Shown here: positions 13,961 to 25,749 of the stretch, in pieces
Layout of the letters: the number at the start of each line of letters is the position of its first letter
Position numbering within the stretch: the first letter of the stretch is position 1
Assembly: GCA_964016885.1 (NCBI GenBank)
Contig: OZ024743.1
Location: 119,474,001 to 119,538,000 of the forward strand
Direction of reading: 5' to 3'
Length of the DNA stretch: 64,000 nt
DNA from: Eledone cirrhosa
Lineage: Eukaryota
The notes under the pieces: model-generated
Told to the model about the DNA's origin: nothing
The model's database searches: none
Seen by the model: the letters and a program-made list of their open reading frames with translations, nothing else
Translations under genes and position numbers: made by a program

Positions 13961-16900
13961 TTACAGATACGTCCTCAGAGTAGACCCATTCACTCGGGCC
14001 ATTCTTGCTTCTCTCACCCATCTTTCAACAAAATGCTGGGAAGAGAGCACTTCCCTCTCTACCCTGATTTTCCTTTTCAAATGAAATTTGAAAAAGTTAA
14101 TCAGGGCATCACCGAAGAGGTAAGTGCTCGTCTTCAGCCCTTTCAAACGTGTCCACCACACTATCTCTTTCGCCATGGCCACCAGACAGATAAAAACTGC
14201 CTGCCCTTCCCGGCTAAAGGAAGAGGGCGGGGCAATCCTCTCGATGGACTCAGATGATAGCCGGATCCGTCCTACACGCGACAGCAGGTGTTCGACATAA
14301 ACCCACAAGTCAGCAATTTTCGGACACTGGACGAGTGCGTGCAGGACGGTTTCGTCGCCCTGCGCGCATCTCGGACATGCCCGGCTGACGGCACCTCCAT
14401 TCCTGTAGAGTTTATCCCGAACTGGCAAGGCTCCTCGGTAGCACTGCCAGGCCAGAGATTTCTGGAAGTTGTCCATAGGTCCCGGCCCGAAAGTTCTTCC
14501 GAAGAGGTTGGCTAGTTGATTTTCGTCAACGCCTAGAGTTTCCCCAAGTACGTCGTCGCTCTTCCCCTCCACTAATCCTCTATAGAACGCCGAGGTGGAG
14601 TTTCCACCGATCACATTGCCCGATTGGTCGGGGGCTGTGAGCGCCTGGAGACATTCCAGTCTCCAGGCGCTCCCTCTCGGTCTTCGCTTGACCCAGGACT
14701 GCAGCTCCGTCAAGGAAACGAGCTGGGGAAATACGTGTCTAACAAACGGCGATCACACCTGATCACCGTCGAGGAAGAGGTGGAGATGTCGTAGCCTGAG
14801 CGCGTGTCTGCGCATCATCAGCCACAGTAATCCCAGCCCTCCACGTAGCGGGTGTTGACAGCAGATGGACCGCCTGACCATCGGAGCGCGTCCCTTCCAC
14901 AAAAAGCGAAAGAGCAAACGCTCCAGCGCAGTCAGGCGGGCCTTAGGACAAGGTACGACGGTCAGACGGTAGCAGATGACAGACGCGATGTACCCGTTAG
15001 CCACCTCCGCTCGACCTTTCAGGGATAGCTTCCTCTCCGCCCATTTCTGGGTGAGAGAAGCCACCCTGCTCGTCACCTCGTCCCAGTTTTTGTCCGTCTG
15101 GAGGTCCGGACCGAACCAGACCCCTAGCAATTTAACCGGGCCGTCCGTCCAGCGTCCGACGACGCTGTTGGACGGCATGGACCTGCCGCTCCAGGTGCCG
15201 AGCTGCAGGCCCACTGACTTTTCCTGGTTGATCATTGCTCCTGTCACCGCTTCGTATTCTCTTAGTGTAGTGCCGATCGCCTCGATGTGTTTGGCGTTCG
15301 ACACCATTACGGTGACATCGTCCGCATATGCTGACACGGATCTTCCGCATCCTAGTTCGCGCGGGACGCCCCTCAACGTCTACAGTTTGTACAGTAATGG
15401 CTCAAGAGTCAATACGTACAAGAGGGACGAGAGGGGACATCCTTGGCGGACCGAGCGCATGATGTTGAACGGTTCCGACAGGTGACCGTTCACTCTCACC
15501 ACAGAGCAGATGTCGCCGTGCATGGCAGTGATCCAGCCTCTGAAGACGGGCCCAAAGCCAGCCGCCCTCAGGAGTGCCGCTAGGTAACGATGGTCGACCC
15601 TATCGAAAGCTTTCGACTGATCTAAATTGATCAAGGACCCACCCGTGCCAGGTTCCCTAGCTACCCTCTCTACGATGTATCGCATGAGGTGGAGGTTGTC
15701 GTGGATGGATCTGTCGGGAATAGCGCATGTCTGCGCCTCTCCCACCAGACCACCAACGACAAGCGCCAACCTCTTTGCTAGCACCTTGGCCAAAATCTTG
15801 AACTCTGTGTTTAGAAGAGTTATGGGCCGGAAATTATCTATGTTATCCCCCTTGTTCGGATCCTTTCTCAGCAGTGCCACCGCTCCTCGGCTCACAGAAC
15901 TGGGAATTCTCTCGTTCTGTTGCCAATTGCAGTAGATGTCCGCCAAGAGCCCTCCGAACAAGTCTGGCATCTGTACGTAAAGTTCATACGGCAGACCATC
16001 CAAACCAGGCGATTTACCCCTTGTGCAGCCAGTCATTGCCTCCCTTACTCCAGCGGCTGTTATCGGCTTTTCGCAACACTCCGCATCAGTGGCCGAGAGC
16101 CGCGGCAGTCCGTCGAGGGAGACACTAAAGTCCATCCCTCGACCCGGCCCACCGCTGCCCCCGAACAGCTTAGCGAAGTGTCGCTGAAAAGCTTCACACA
16201 TTTGCTCGGGATCGAGTAGCATGCGCCCGTCGTGGTCCACCAAAGACCGGATCGTGGCTTTGTTGCCACGACGCGCCTCTGCCACTCGGGCCCATTGAAC
16301 GGATTTCGTCCCCTCGTGTCTGAGAGCACGCACCCTAGCTCTGACAACGCAGCCTTCGTGCTTTGCATTGAAGAATTTGTCAAGGGCCAATTTCGCCGCA
16401 AGCACGTCGGTCGCAATGCCTTTGCTAAGCGCCTCGTTTAATTTTCTAACTAGTTCTCCCTCTGCTCTATTTTTCTCTATTGCTAAAGCCTTACTAAACC
16501 TAATCGATTCTATTCTAATCGCTCTTTTCAGAGCAAACCACCACTTGTTGTTGACGATGGCCCCCGTCAACGCCCGCTTAACTAGTTCGCTAATCCGGTC
16601 TCTGTAGGCCTTGCGCGCTGGTAAGGACGCGTTTAGCTTCCAGTAGCCGGGTCCTCGTCTATGAAGCCTATCTAAGTCAAGCACACAGATCACGAATTTG
16701 TGGTCCGTGTAGCTGACTATCTTGAATTGTGGACAGCCTATGCTAGACCTATCTATTTCCCTACAAAATACTCTATCTAGATATGATCTGGATGACCCTA
16801 TGCGATTTGTCCAAGTCCACACTGGCACATTCGGGAAATCCAATCGGTACCTGTCAGACAGTTCAAAACGCCTGAGCAGGTTGGTGAGGCTCTTGCACCA

Positions 16901-17380
16901 TCCACCCCTATCCGCTAATCCCACACAGTCCAAGCGTGCATCTAAGATCCCGTTCCAGTCGCCCACTAACACTAAAAAGCGGGACGTTCCAAGAAAGGTC
17001 TCCAGACGCCGGAAGAAATCAGGCCGCCCTGCTCCTGTCGGGGCATAGACGGCCACTAGCCTGAAAGCTTGCCCGTCTCCGCTGGTCACGTCCAGCACCA
17101 CCAACTTACCCTCTGGGTCCAGGAAGATGGCCCGTATGGCGAGATCCAAACCTCTCCGAAAAAGCACAGCAACTCCTCCCCCCGATCCAGGGCGGCTGGG
17201 AGATGCGTACACATCGTAGCCGCCGAAGATCGGTGCGAAGGCCCGTGCTTCGGAGATTCTGGTCTCGCTGATGGCCACTACATCTATGTTTAGTGACCTG
17301 AGGTCGTTGAGCAGGTGACCCTGCTTCCATGACGACCCCAAGCCACGCGCATTTATGCTGCCTATTCTGAGTGAGGTCAT
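13961..17380 (-). pseudogene. ORF2: apurinic-like endonuclease, reverse transcriptase and C-terminal zinc finger; one frame with two nonsense codons
   Basis: EN motifs NARGL, SET, VYAP, GDWN, YLDR, TDHK. RT motifs KSPGLDG, FRPITLLN, LDQSKAFDRVDH, RQGCPLS, YADD. CPRC...HALVQC finger. The three track ORFs share one frame, separated by stops at 15380 and 14753. Confidence 0.95.
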
Positions 17381-17978
17381 GTTTAAAATAGAGTGGAAAA
17401 GATGGGAAAGACCACTTACCGTACTTTTCGTAGAGGAGGGATGGTTTTTCCATCCCTTTGCACTTGATCGTCTGGTGAAGGGACCGTTGAATCGTCCCTT
17501 CAGCTGGTCGTCGGCTCTTCTATGAGTATGTCCGAATATACTCTTCGGTTGAGTGTCCCTCCTAGGTCTCTGAAATCACCAACAGCGTTGGGGAATTTCG
17601 TTTTAATGTTTATGTATTGTTTCTGTGCTATTTTTAGCAGTCTTATGTTAGTTGGCGTTTTGATTGTTGCTGGTATTATGTAGTCGTGTTGTGAAATGTC
17701 TGTGTGTTCAATTATGTAAGTCATTAGTTTCTTGTTGTGTGTATTTATTGCCGTGCATTTGTTTTTCTGGGGGTGGGGTGTGGTTCTGCTATTTTCTTGT
17801 CGTTGTTGCTGGGTATGTGTGTTTTGTTGTTGTGTTTGCGATGTTGGTGCTTGTGGTGGTGGTGTTGAAGGTGTTGTTGTTGTTGGCGGTGGGGTTGTCG
17901 CCGGTGGTGATGGTGGTGCTAGTGTGGGTGGTGGTGGTGTTGGTGGTGTTGCTGCTGTGAGTCTCTTTGCAGTAGCCT

Positions 17979-19532
17979 TTACCCTTTTTCATTGCTTTCC
18001 TCCCTTTTCAAAGGCGACGATGCGCTGCTTCTGCGTTTGTACCTTCTTACGACCTTTTGCCATCCCTCTCCCACCTCACACTTCATATCTGATTCTGTGA
18101 GGTCGGGGAGGGGTACCAGCTCCACTCTTTCACTTGTTGTTGGTGATGTTTGCAGTGGAGTCTCTGTTGGAGCTGCAGTTGGTATTACTGTTGTTGTTGT
18201 TAATACTTCCACTGCTACTGCTGTTCTTGATTTCCGTGGCGTGGGTATGGGTGCCACGGACCTATCGTTCCTGGTTGCCGCTTGTCCTGTTGCTGGTAGC
18301 AGTGGAATCGGTTTCGGAAGGAGGGGGGTTTTCTCCTTTCTCAGGGTCTTCTCGTTGCAGAAGGCCCTGAGGTGAGTCTTCGATCCACAGCGAAAGCATT
18401 TCGGGCGTTTACCCTCAACACTTATGGGCAGTTGAGTGCCGTTATCGAAATCTATCACATCCGGGATAGCTTCGATGCACTCCTGGTTGGTTTGGATTAA
18501 CATCTCAATGGAGGGGCCGACCCAATCTTCTCTTACTCTTTTCTGTACTTGCAGTACAGTTGTTTTGTCCTCGATTCCGACGAGGATAGAGGCGGCCAGC
18601 CAAGAAGGGGCCATCCGGGGGGGGGGGGGGGGGCTCAGTTTGACCCTTACAATTTTTTGCCCGCAGTAGGAGGGCAACAACACTATTTCCTCGCTCCTTA
18701 GTGTCACTAAGGATTGAGCCTTTGCCTCCTGGAGTGTGGCAAAAAGCACGTCTACGGTGGCATATTTCTCGTCTCGGGTGATATGCGTTTTCCGCTGCCA
18801 CACAGACCCTAAGGCTTTTTGTATTTGAGCCTCTGTGGCTCTTTCAACCCTACGGGATTTTGTACTTACTGTACGGTACGTGACCGTACAGTGCTGTTGG
18901 GTTTCGTAAAATGTTTCGGCTGCCTTGCAGATTGCTCGGTGTCCGGTTTTCGTCACCATCTTCTTCGCTTCCTCTAATTCCTCATTTGTTATGAGGATGG
19001 TTTCCAGGTTCTTTGCGATACCTGCAAAAAAGATTGTTTTTTCTTTACTGCTGTTGTTGTTGTTGTTGTTGTCGTCAGAGCTGCTGTTACTTTTGCTGCA
19101 GGTACTACGACTACTGCCGCCGCCGCTGTTGCTGTGGTTGTTGTTGTTGTTGCTGCTGTTGCTGCTAATGCTGTTGTTGTTTATGTTGCTGCTGATGCTG
19201 TTTCGGCTGCTACTATTGTTTTCCTTGTCACTATTGCTGCTGCTGCTGTTATTACGGTTGCTACTGCTATTATTCATGACGTCAGACGAATGAAATGGGT
19301 TTTCGTAATTACCGCACACATTTTTCGTCGTTGTCGTCGTCGTGGAGAAATGTTCCATGCTTTGCACGTGATTTTTCTTTACTGGCGTCGCTTGCGAAAG
19401 AGAAGGGAGGGAGAGAGACACATTTAGAGAAGGGAGGGAGAGAGACAATCTTCTCTCTGCTGTAGTGATGATTGAGGAAGAAGAAGACGGAATGAGTGGG
19501 AGTGACTTGTGAAAATTCTTTTTCGTAGCCAT
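17979..19532 (-). CDS. ORF1 gag-like nucleic-acid-binding protein (CCHC knuckle); probably continues by frameshift to about 17500
   Basis: 517 aa with CFRCGSKTHLRAFC knuckle and an Asn/Ser-rich N-terminus; homologous to 34450-35631. Confidence 0.85.
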   Translation of the reverse strand: MATKKNFHKSLPLIPSSSSSIITTAERRLSLSLPSLNVSLSLPSLSQATPVKKNHVQSMEHFSTTTTTTKNVCGNYENPFHSSDVMNNSSSNRNNSSSSNSDKENNSSSRNSISSNINNNSISSNSSNNNNNHSNSGGGSSRSTCSKSNSSSDDNNNNNNSSKEKTIFFAGIAKNLETILITNEELEEAKKMVTKTGHRAICKAAETFYETQQHCTVTYRTVSTKSRRVERATEAQIQKALGSVWQRKTHITRDEKYATVDVLFATLQEAKAQSLVTLRSEEIVLLPSYCGQKIVRVKLSPPPPPRMAPSWLAASILVGIEDKTTVLQVQKRVREDWVGPSIEMLIQTNQECIEAIPDVIDFDNGTQLPISVEGKRPKCFRCGSKTHLRAFCNEKTLRKEKTPLLPKPIPLLPATGQAATRNDRSVAPIPTPRKSRTAVAVEVLTTTTVIPTAAPTETPLQTSPTTSERVELVPLPDLTESDMKCEVGEGWQKVVRRYKRRSSASSPLKREESNEKG

Positions 19533-19746
19533 GTTTTTTTTTGTTTAAAATAAATATTGGGCACAAAACCCCAATAAGCGGTTATTTAACCCCGAAGGGC
19601 CAAATAACGGGCAGAAAGACCCCTCTCACGAGGAGGAGGGTGTTTTTGTCTACAATTTGGTTAAACTTTTAAACAATTTACAATTGTTATAGCGGTCAAA
19701 ATTTACAATACCTTACAGAGCCGAGCCTCCGTCAACCATGGCGTTC

Positions 19747-19779
<33 letters not shown>

Positions 19780-19780
<1 letters not shown>

Positions 19781-20162
19781 CTTTCTTTATTAACCACAAG
19801 GGTCTACATAAAGTAGACATTAAGGACAGTACAGCACAATACAGGGCGGTACAAATGTGCATTTCTGCGTGTAAAAAACAAGAAACAGAGGATGTAAAAA
19901 TAGAACAATGAAAATATTCCACAATAGGGGGGAGATTCGGAGGGACATTTGTGGAGAAAGGCCATTAAAAGGCCACAGTGACCCTGACCACCAAGGCAAG
20001 TGCCCTCTCCCAGTTTTCCACCTTTAATTTACAGATACATACTCAGAGTAGGCCCATTCACTCGGGCCATTCTTGCTTCTCTCACCCATCTTTCAACAAA
20101 ATGCTGGGAAGAGAGCACTTCCCTCTCTACCCTGATATTCCTTTTCAAATGAAATTTGAAAA

Positions 20163-20169
<7 letters not shown>
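19780..20169 (-). mobile_element. 5'-truncated (about 390 bp) copy of the same Tx1 family, in tandem upstream of the full copy
   Basis: Near-identical to 13711-14101; flanked on both sides by (AAT)n. Confidence 0.95.
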
Positions 20170-20259
<90 letters not shown>

Positions 20260-20572
20260 GAAGAGGAAGAGGAGGAGGAGATGGAGGAGGAGTAAGAAGA
20301 AGAAGAAGAAGAAGAAGAGGAAGAATATGTTCTATGTTTCTCTTTGACTCGTTCGAACACGCAATCCCTGTTTAAGATGAAAAGCCATATACTTACACAG
20401 AACAAACACTCATTTATATATCCCATTCAATACAGATGTCAGCACCTGAATCATATTAGACTATTTTAAAATGTATACAAACAATATACACAAGTAAACA
20501 AATGAAACTAGACATTAATATGGACATGATTTTTATGTAAATATATATATATATATATAAAACAAACACAAG

Positions 20573-20644
<72 letters not shown>

Positions 20645-20774
20645 GAAGTTATATTTAATTTGTTGGGATTCCAGCACGCTTAAAAGTTTATAACTGATAT
20701 AAAGCACTCAACAGTTACTGGAGTAAATATTCAATATATTATAAATGGAAACTATATTCATAAAACCATAATTA

Positions 20775-20835
20775 TTTTATTATATATATTTCAAGGGCAA
20801 GCAAGGCAGTATTGGTGTGCTTTCATCAGATAAAA
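20775..20835 (-). ncRNA. Type I hammerhead ribozyme motif in a Penelope-like terminus
   Basis: ttttat-CTGATGA-[stem II region]-GAA-ATATATAT-A-ataaaa with a 6-bp stem I; family member at 44538-44599. Confidence 0.65.
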
Positions 20836-21370
20836 GATTTGTTTTATAAATATTGACATAACCGTGGAAAAACAACCTTGACGGTTGAAAGTTCACTGGA
20901 TAGTGATTCGCACTGAATCTAAAAAAAATATGTTTGTTTACGTCTAATAAATATAGCATAAATTCATGTTAAACTGTTAATACACATATTACATGCTGTA
21001 CCCGCACTTATATATGAATGGATATGTCCACTAAATATCTTTAAATATATATAGATGTACACAGGATTCTTTTTACACTCACATACATAAATAAGTTTAT
21101 TTACCTTTATAGGATCTTTTGTAGATTACCTTTGATTGTCACCAACTAACTTACAATCTGAAAACGTGTATAGACTGAGTTTGTGATTGAACACCGAGTG
21201 CTGAGGGTTTGGACGTCCTGTTATATACCACATAAACCTACGTACACTGGCATCATCGGTGTTTAACCTGATATCGCTTCTCCGCGTTATTAGAAAACAA
21301 TCGCGTCACACATTCCGCCAGTCATGACATCACTTCCAACGCGACTGCGCATGTCCATCCTGCTCATGTA

Positions 21371-21778
21371 AATAATTGCTTCTACTTTAGACACAAGGTC
21401 AGTAATTTGAAGCTGAGCGGCAAGTCGATTAAATCGACCCCAGGGGACTTTATTTTATCGACCTCGTAATGATGAAAGGCAAAGCTAACCTCGGCGGGAT
21501 TTGAACTCAGAACGTAAAGGGGCGTAACTCTATGCTTTAAGCATATTGTCCAGCGATTTAAAGATACTGCCAATCCTCCGCCCTAAATAATTGTTTCTAC
21601 TTTTGGCACAAGGACAGCAATTACCCAATGGATTACTGGTACTTTATTTTATCGACTCCGTAAGGATGAAAAGCAAAGTTAACCTCGGCGGGATCTGAAC
21701 TCAGAATGGCAAGGGCTATAACTCTATGCATCAAAGCATGGCGTCCGACTCTCTACCGATACTGCCAATCCTCCGCCC
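21371..21778 (-). mobile_element. Two tandem tRNA-derived SINEs
   Basis: Each has an A box (tggcagtatc..) and B box (gagttcaaatcc / gagttcagatcc) on the minus strand plus the gcctttcatc..gtcgataaaataaagt core. Confidence 0.85.
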
Positions 21779-21784
21779 TAAATA

Positions 21785-22890
21785 ATGAACAGGAGAAGTG
21801 ACGGTAAGCACCCCTTGGCGGAGTCCGACTTCCACATTGAATGGTTTCAATTTAGCACCATTTATCTGGACACAAATACCGGGCATTCGTATAGGGACAT
21901 CAGGACAAGAAGCTGACCATCAATCCCATACTCCTGCATAACCTCCCACAGTAGGCCCCAAAGAACACTGTCATATGGCTTTTTAAGGTCGATTTCTCGA
22001 CAACCTGCCGCAGTGTGAATATTTGGTCGGCTGTGCTGCGGCCGGGGCGAAAACCACACTGTTCATCAGCTAACATGGACTCGACTCGACAATCTCTCTG
22101 CATCTCTTTGCAAAACACTTAGCATATGATTTACTGGGGAGGCTTAACAATGAGATCCCTCTGTAATTGGAACAATCTCTCTTGTCTAGCTTTTTTGAAA
22201 ATTAGGAATATCACACCCGATTGCCATTGCTTAGGTGCCTTTCCAGAGATCCAGGACACCAATCACACACGTATCAACGTTTCAGCCAGAGAATACCTTC
22301 TATATTTAACATCTTGGGCCGGATTTTATCTTTTCCAGCGGCCATGCCACATTTGAGCTCTTTAACTGCTCTTGTGACCTGAGCATACGAGATTAGTCAC
22401 TGGTCCCAGATGCACATCATGTACATCAGATGCTGCTGCTGTGATCGGGTTTACGAGATCAGCAAAGTATTCTCTCCACCTCTCGAGGATGACCCTCTCT
22501 GAAAAGAGGAGAACTCCAGACATGTCCCTGATAGCAGGTGTGAAGGAGGGCTTCATATTACGAAGTCGGCAGATGGTCTGTTAGAACACTATTTGCTGAT
22601 CTGAAGTCGGATTCCAGCTTAACCCCAAAGTTCTCCAATGTCTTAACTTAGGACATTTTTACTGTCTCTGCTGCGATTCTTCGTGCCTGCTTGTACGGCA
22701 AGTCCAAGAAGGAGGACTTATTTCCAAGCCAAGCTTTGTAAGCCTCCATCTTTGTTTGGATGGTATATTTAACCTCTTCATTGAACCAAGGGGTCTTCCT
22801 GCCACTCGGCGTCACACAAAGCCTCTTTCGCCTGCAGCATTTAAAAGCTGAAGCAGAAACTTCTGACAAGGATGTATTTGTTTGCATATA
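21785..22890 (-). pseudogene. Decayed RTE-clade LINE RT fragment
   Basis: Fragments KTPWFNEEVK, ILERWREYFADLVNP, EQCGFRPGRSTADQIFTLRQVVEK and DLKKPYDSVLWGLLWEVMQEYGIDGQLL across frameshifts. Confidence 0.85.
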
Positions 22891-23499
22891 ATTAGCGCTA
22901 TTGTTGGTAGTTAATTAAGACTTATATCTTAATTAATTACAAACACGTACATGTTAAAATTCAAAGAAACAATATGGGTATATTGATGAATTCAGTAGAA
23001 ATATATATATATATTTTACTATTTTCCTGACAATAGCCAATATCATTATTAAACATTTTGTATACCATAATTACTGATTATTGTTTGACATGCTGATCAT
23101 TTCAGAGTAATTATCAACTCAGTTGGTATATTGCTTTATAATGTATATTCGTTCAATTGTTTTTTTTTTTGTTTTTTTTTAACTTTTGTTGATTAAAATA
23201 CAAGGAAGTATTTGTAAAGATATACAAGAACAGGACGCCAAACTTTTATCTTCAGCATTCGTTCTAGAGCTCCAGATGGGGATTTCTGGTGTAAGTCTAA
23301 ACAAATATTACAATATAATGTCAATAGAAAATTTCATATGTCAAATACCTCATTAAGAGGATAGGTAATTATTGTGTTTACTTTATGATACCACTGTAGC
23401 CATCAGAAAGATGGCAATTGGGATAGCACTAAGACCCGTTCAACTGTTACTGTCACAGATTGTTGGACATGGATCTGTGTATTCATCGTGCATATATAT

Positions 23500-23599
<100 letters not shown>

Positions 23600-25350
23600 A
23601 CATGTGTCCGTGTGTCTATGTTTATATAATTAATCATTTTCTAATGACATACCAATTAATAGATTATCTGACGACGTAATTTCTGTAGATTATTTCATGA
23701 AACTTATGTTTTGTAGGAAAAAAACTCATGCAGTGATTTCCGGGTGTAAAAGTGGTCTTTATACAAAGTGTAAACAATTAAAATGATATTTGGCTTAGAG
23801 TTGTTAGTGTGTCCATCAACACATACGTTCTTGTATCAATAAAAGTTACTTTGTAAACTGTTATGCTTGGCCAGATCTGCAATGTAAAATGGAAGACTAA
23901 TCAGACTTATAACTCTTAATATATACAAGCAAATGTTGCTTATATGATTAACGAATTATGGCCTCTACTGAGACAATATTCATTGCTAACTTATGCTTTT
24001 TATTTCCTTGTCATGGCCTCAGAATAGGGGTGTAAGGGTTGCAGGACCCACAGTGTGAACGTTACTTCCTTGGCCACTTCATGTAGCCACTTGAGAGAGA
24101 AGGGATGAGGGCAGAAGCGTCATAGAGGTAGAGAGAATGAATGGGATGTGGGTGAACAAATTGACATCAATATTTCCCTGGTATTTTATTTATAGGCACA
24201 CGAAGGATTACGTTAGAGCACTCCCACAAAAATGAAAACATTCTAAAAAGCATCCTATCCAAGACTAACGATTCTACCAATTTGCCGTCTTATATATAGA
24301 GTAAAACAATTGCTGTTATCTAGACTCAAATCGACCCTGAATGTGCAGAGCTATAATCAAAGACATTGACGCAATGAGGTCATCTATTCAAGTTTTGTTC
24401 AATAATAATGTGTCTCAAATTAGCTGGCCCAATGCGTTCTTCGGAGAAAAATGACTGTAAGGTGAAACTAGAAGGGATTTGGCAAATTTATCTAACAGAC
24501 CGAGCAAGCATATTGAGGTTTCTTTTTCGTTGGGATAAATCAAAATAAACAGGTGCACAAGTATCAATGTTTGGATTTGTGTGTATAGTAGTATGAATAT
24601 TGTTTCCATTTGAAATCCACGTTTATCGCACATGAATTAACATTTGATATAGCTTAAAGTTATGTTAAATACTTTTGTTTTTGTCGTATGTGATATATAC
24701 ATATTAGCGAGCAGATTAAGAAAATCACGAGTAATGCCTGGCAGGTTTAAATTGGCTTACATTCTGTTTGATGCCATTAGTTGATCATTTAGTCTATGGC
24801 ATCAAGTGCTATAAATTCTATTTAAATGGGGTTTTTTTCTTCTAATTCTATGAGGAGGATGTTGGGCAGATGATGACAGATTGAAGATAGCATTTGTTGC
24901 TTAAAGCTAACTAACATTTCAATGGTGAAAGATTCGAAATTTCTTCCGAAGAGAATGATCACAGTGCTTTCATCCACTTCTCAACATAGTCGTGTCGAAA
25001 ATTGGCCATGTAATGTTTAAAGTTAGTCTGGTATAATTTGTTCTCTCAATTTATTTTGAAAGTTCATAGTCGCAACATTTTCGTAGTAGTTAGTTGTATT
25101 TAGTACGTACTAATCGTTTTTCTTGATATTTTGATAACCCCCCCCCCCCTCCGCTCTCTCTCTTTATATACATATAAACACACACACGCATACACACACA
25201 CACACACATATATATATATATGTGTGTGTGTCTGTGTGTGTCTGTGCGCGCGCGCGTGTGTGTGTAAAAGGTAAGCAGAAATAACAACACAATCTGTACA
25301 GTATATGGAAGGAATGTATTAGGTTAACGCTTGAAATAGCAAGAAGAGTG

Positions 25351-25386
25351 TCTTAACGTTTCGGACGCTAGTCCTTCATCAGAAGA
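25351..25386 (-). ncRNA. Minimal type I hammerhead ribozyme motif
   Basis: tctt-CTGATGA-a-ggac-tagc-gtcc-GAA-ACGT-T-aaga: 4-bp stem I, 4-bp stem II, palindromic ACGT stem III. Confidence 0.75.
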
Positions 25387-25580
25387 ATAAGATTGATTGA
25401 AGGGACGGGCGAGGTGGAATTGGAAAAAATGTCTTTAGATAAAAGTACCAGGTCTATTCATTTTTACATCGATGGATAATTATTCCCTTCTTTTCAAAGA
25501 AAAACACTTTTAATTCGACTAATTTGCTTTTATAAGGACAGATGAATTGTAACAGTTATGGCTGTCCCGATGAAAATAAT

Positions 25581-25749
25581 TGTTTCTACTTTTGGCACAA
25601 GGCCAGCAAATTACCCAGTACATTACTGGTACTTTATTTTATCGACCCCGTAAGGATGAAAGGCAAAGTGAACCTCGGCGGGATTTGAACTCAGACCCTA
25701 AAGGGACGTAACTATGCTGGAAAGCATGGCGTCCGACTCTCTACCGATA
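25581..25749 (-). mobile_element. tRNA-derived SINE with a 19-bp target-site duplication
   Basis: ctgtcccgatgaaaataat at 25562-25580 and 25750-25768. Confidence 0.9.

Larger units (their letters stand above)
13711..19746 (-). mobile_element. Full-length Tx1/L1-clade non-LTR retrotransposon (about 6.0 kb) inserted in (TTA)n
   Basis: ORF1 plus APE-RT ORF2. 3' end ...cccttgtggttaataaagaaatc. (AAT)n tracts directly abut both ends (13666-13710, 19747-19779). Confidence 0.95.

Noticed and set aside
14976-17048. Antisense ORFs over the Tx1 ORF2 (also over element 2 and the Helitron)
   Set aside because: Shadow frames of GC-rich coding sequence.
23205-23490. Possible host exons (gtaagt donor near 23291, ctgtag acceptor near 23398)
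   Set aside because: No consistent frame or recognisable protein; splice-like words are expected by chance. RNA-seq would be needed.
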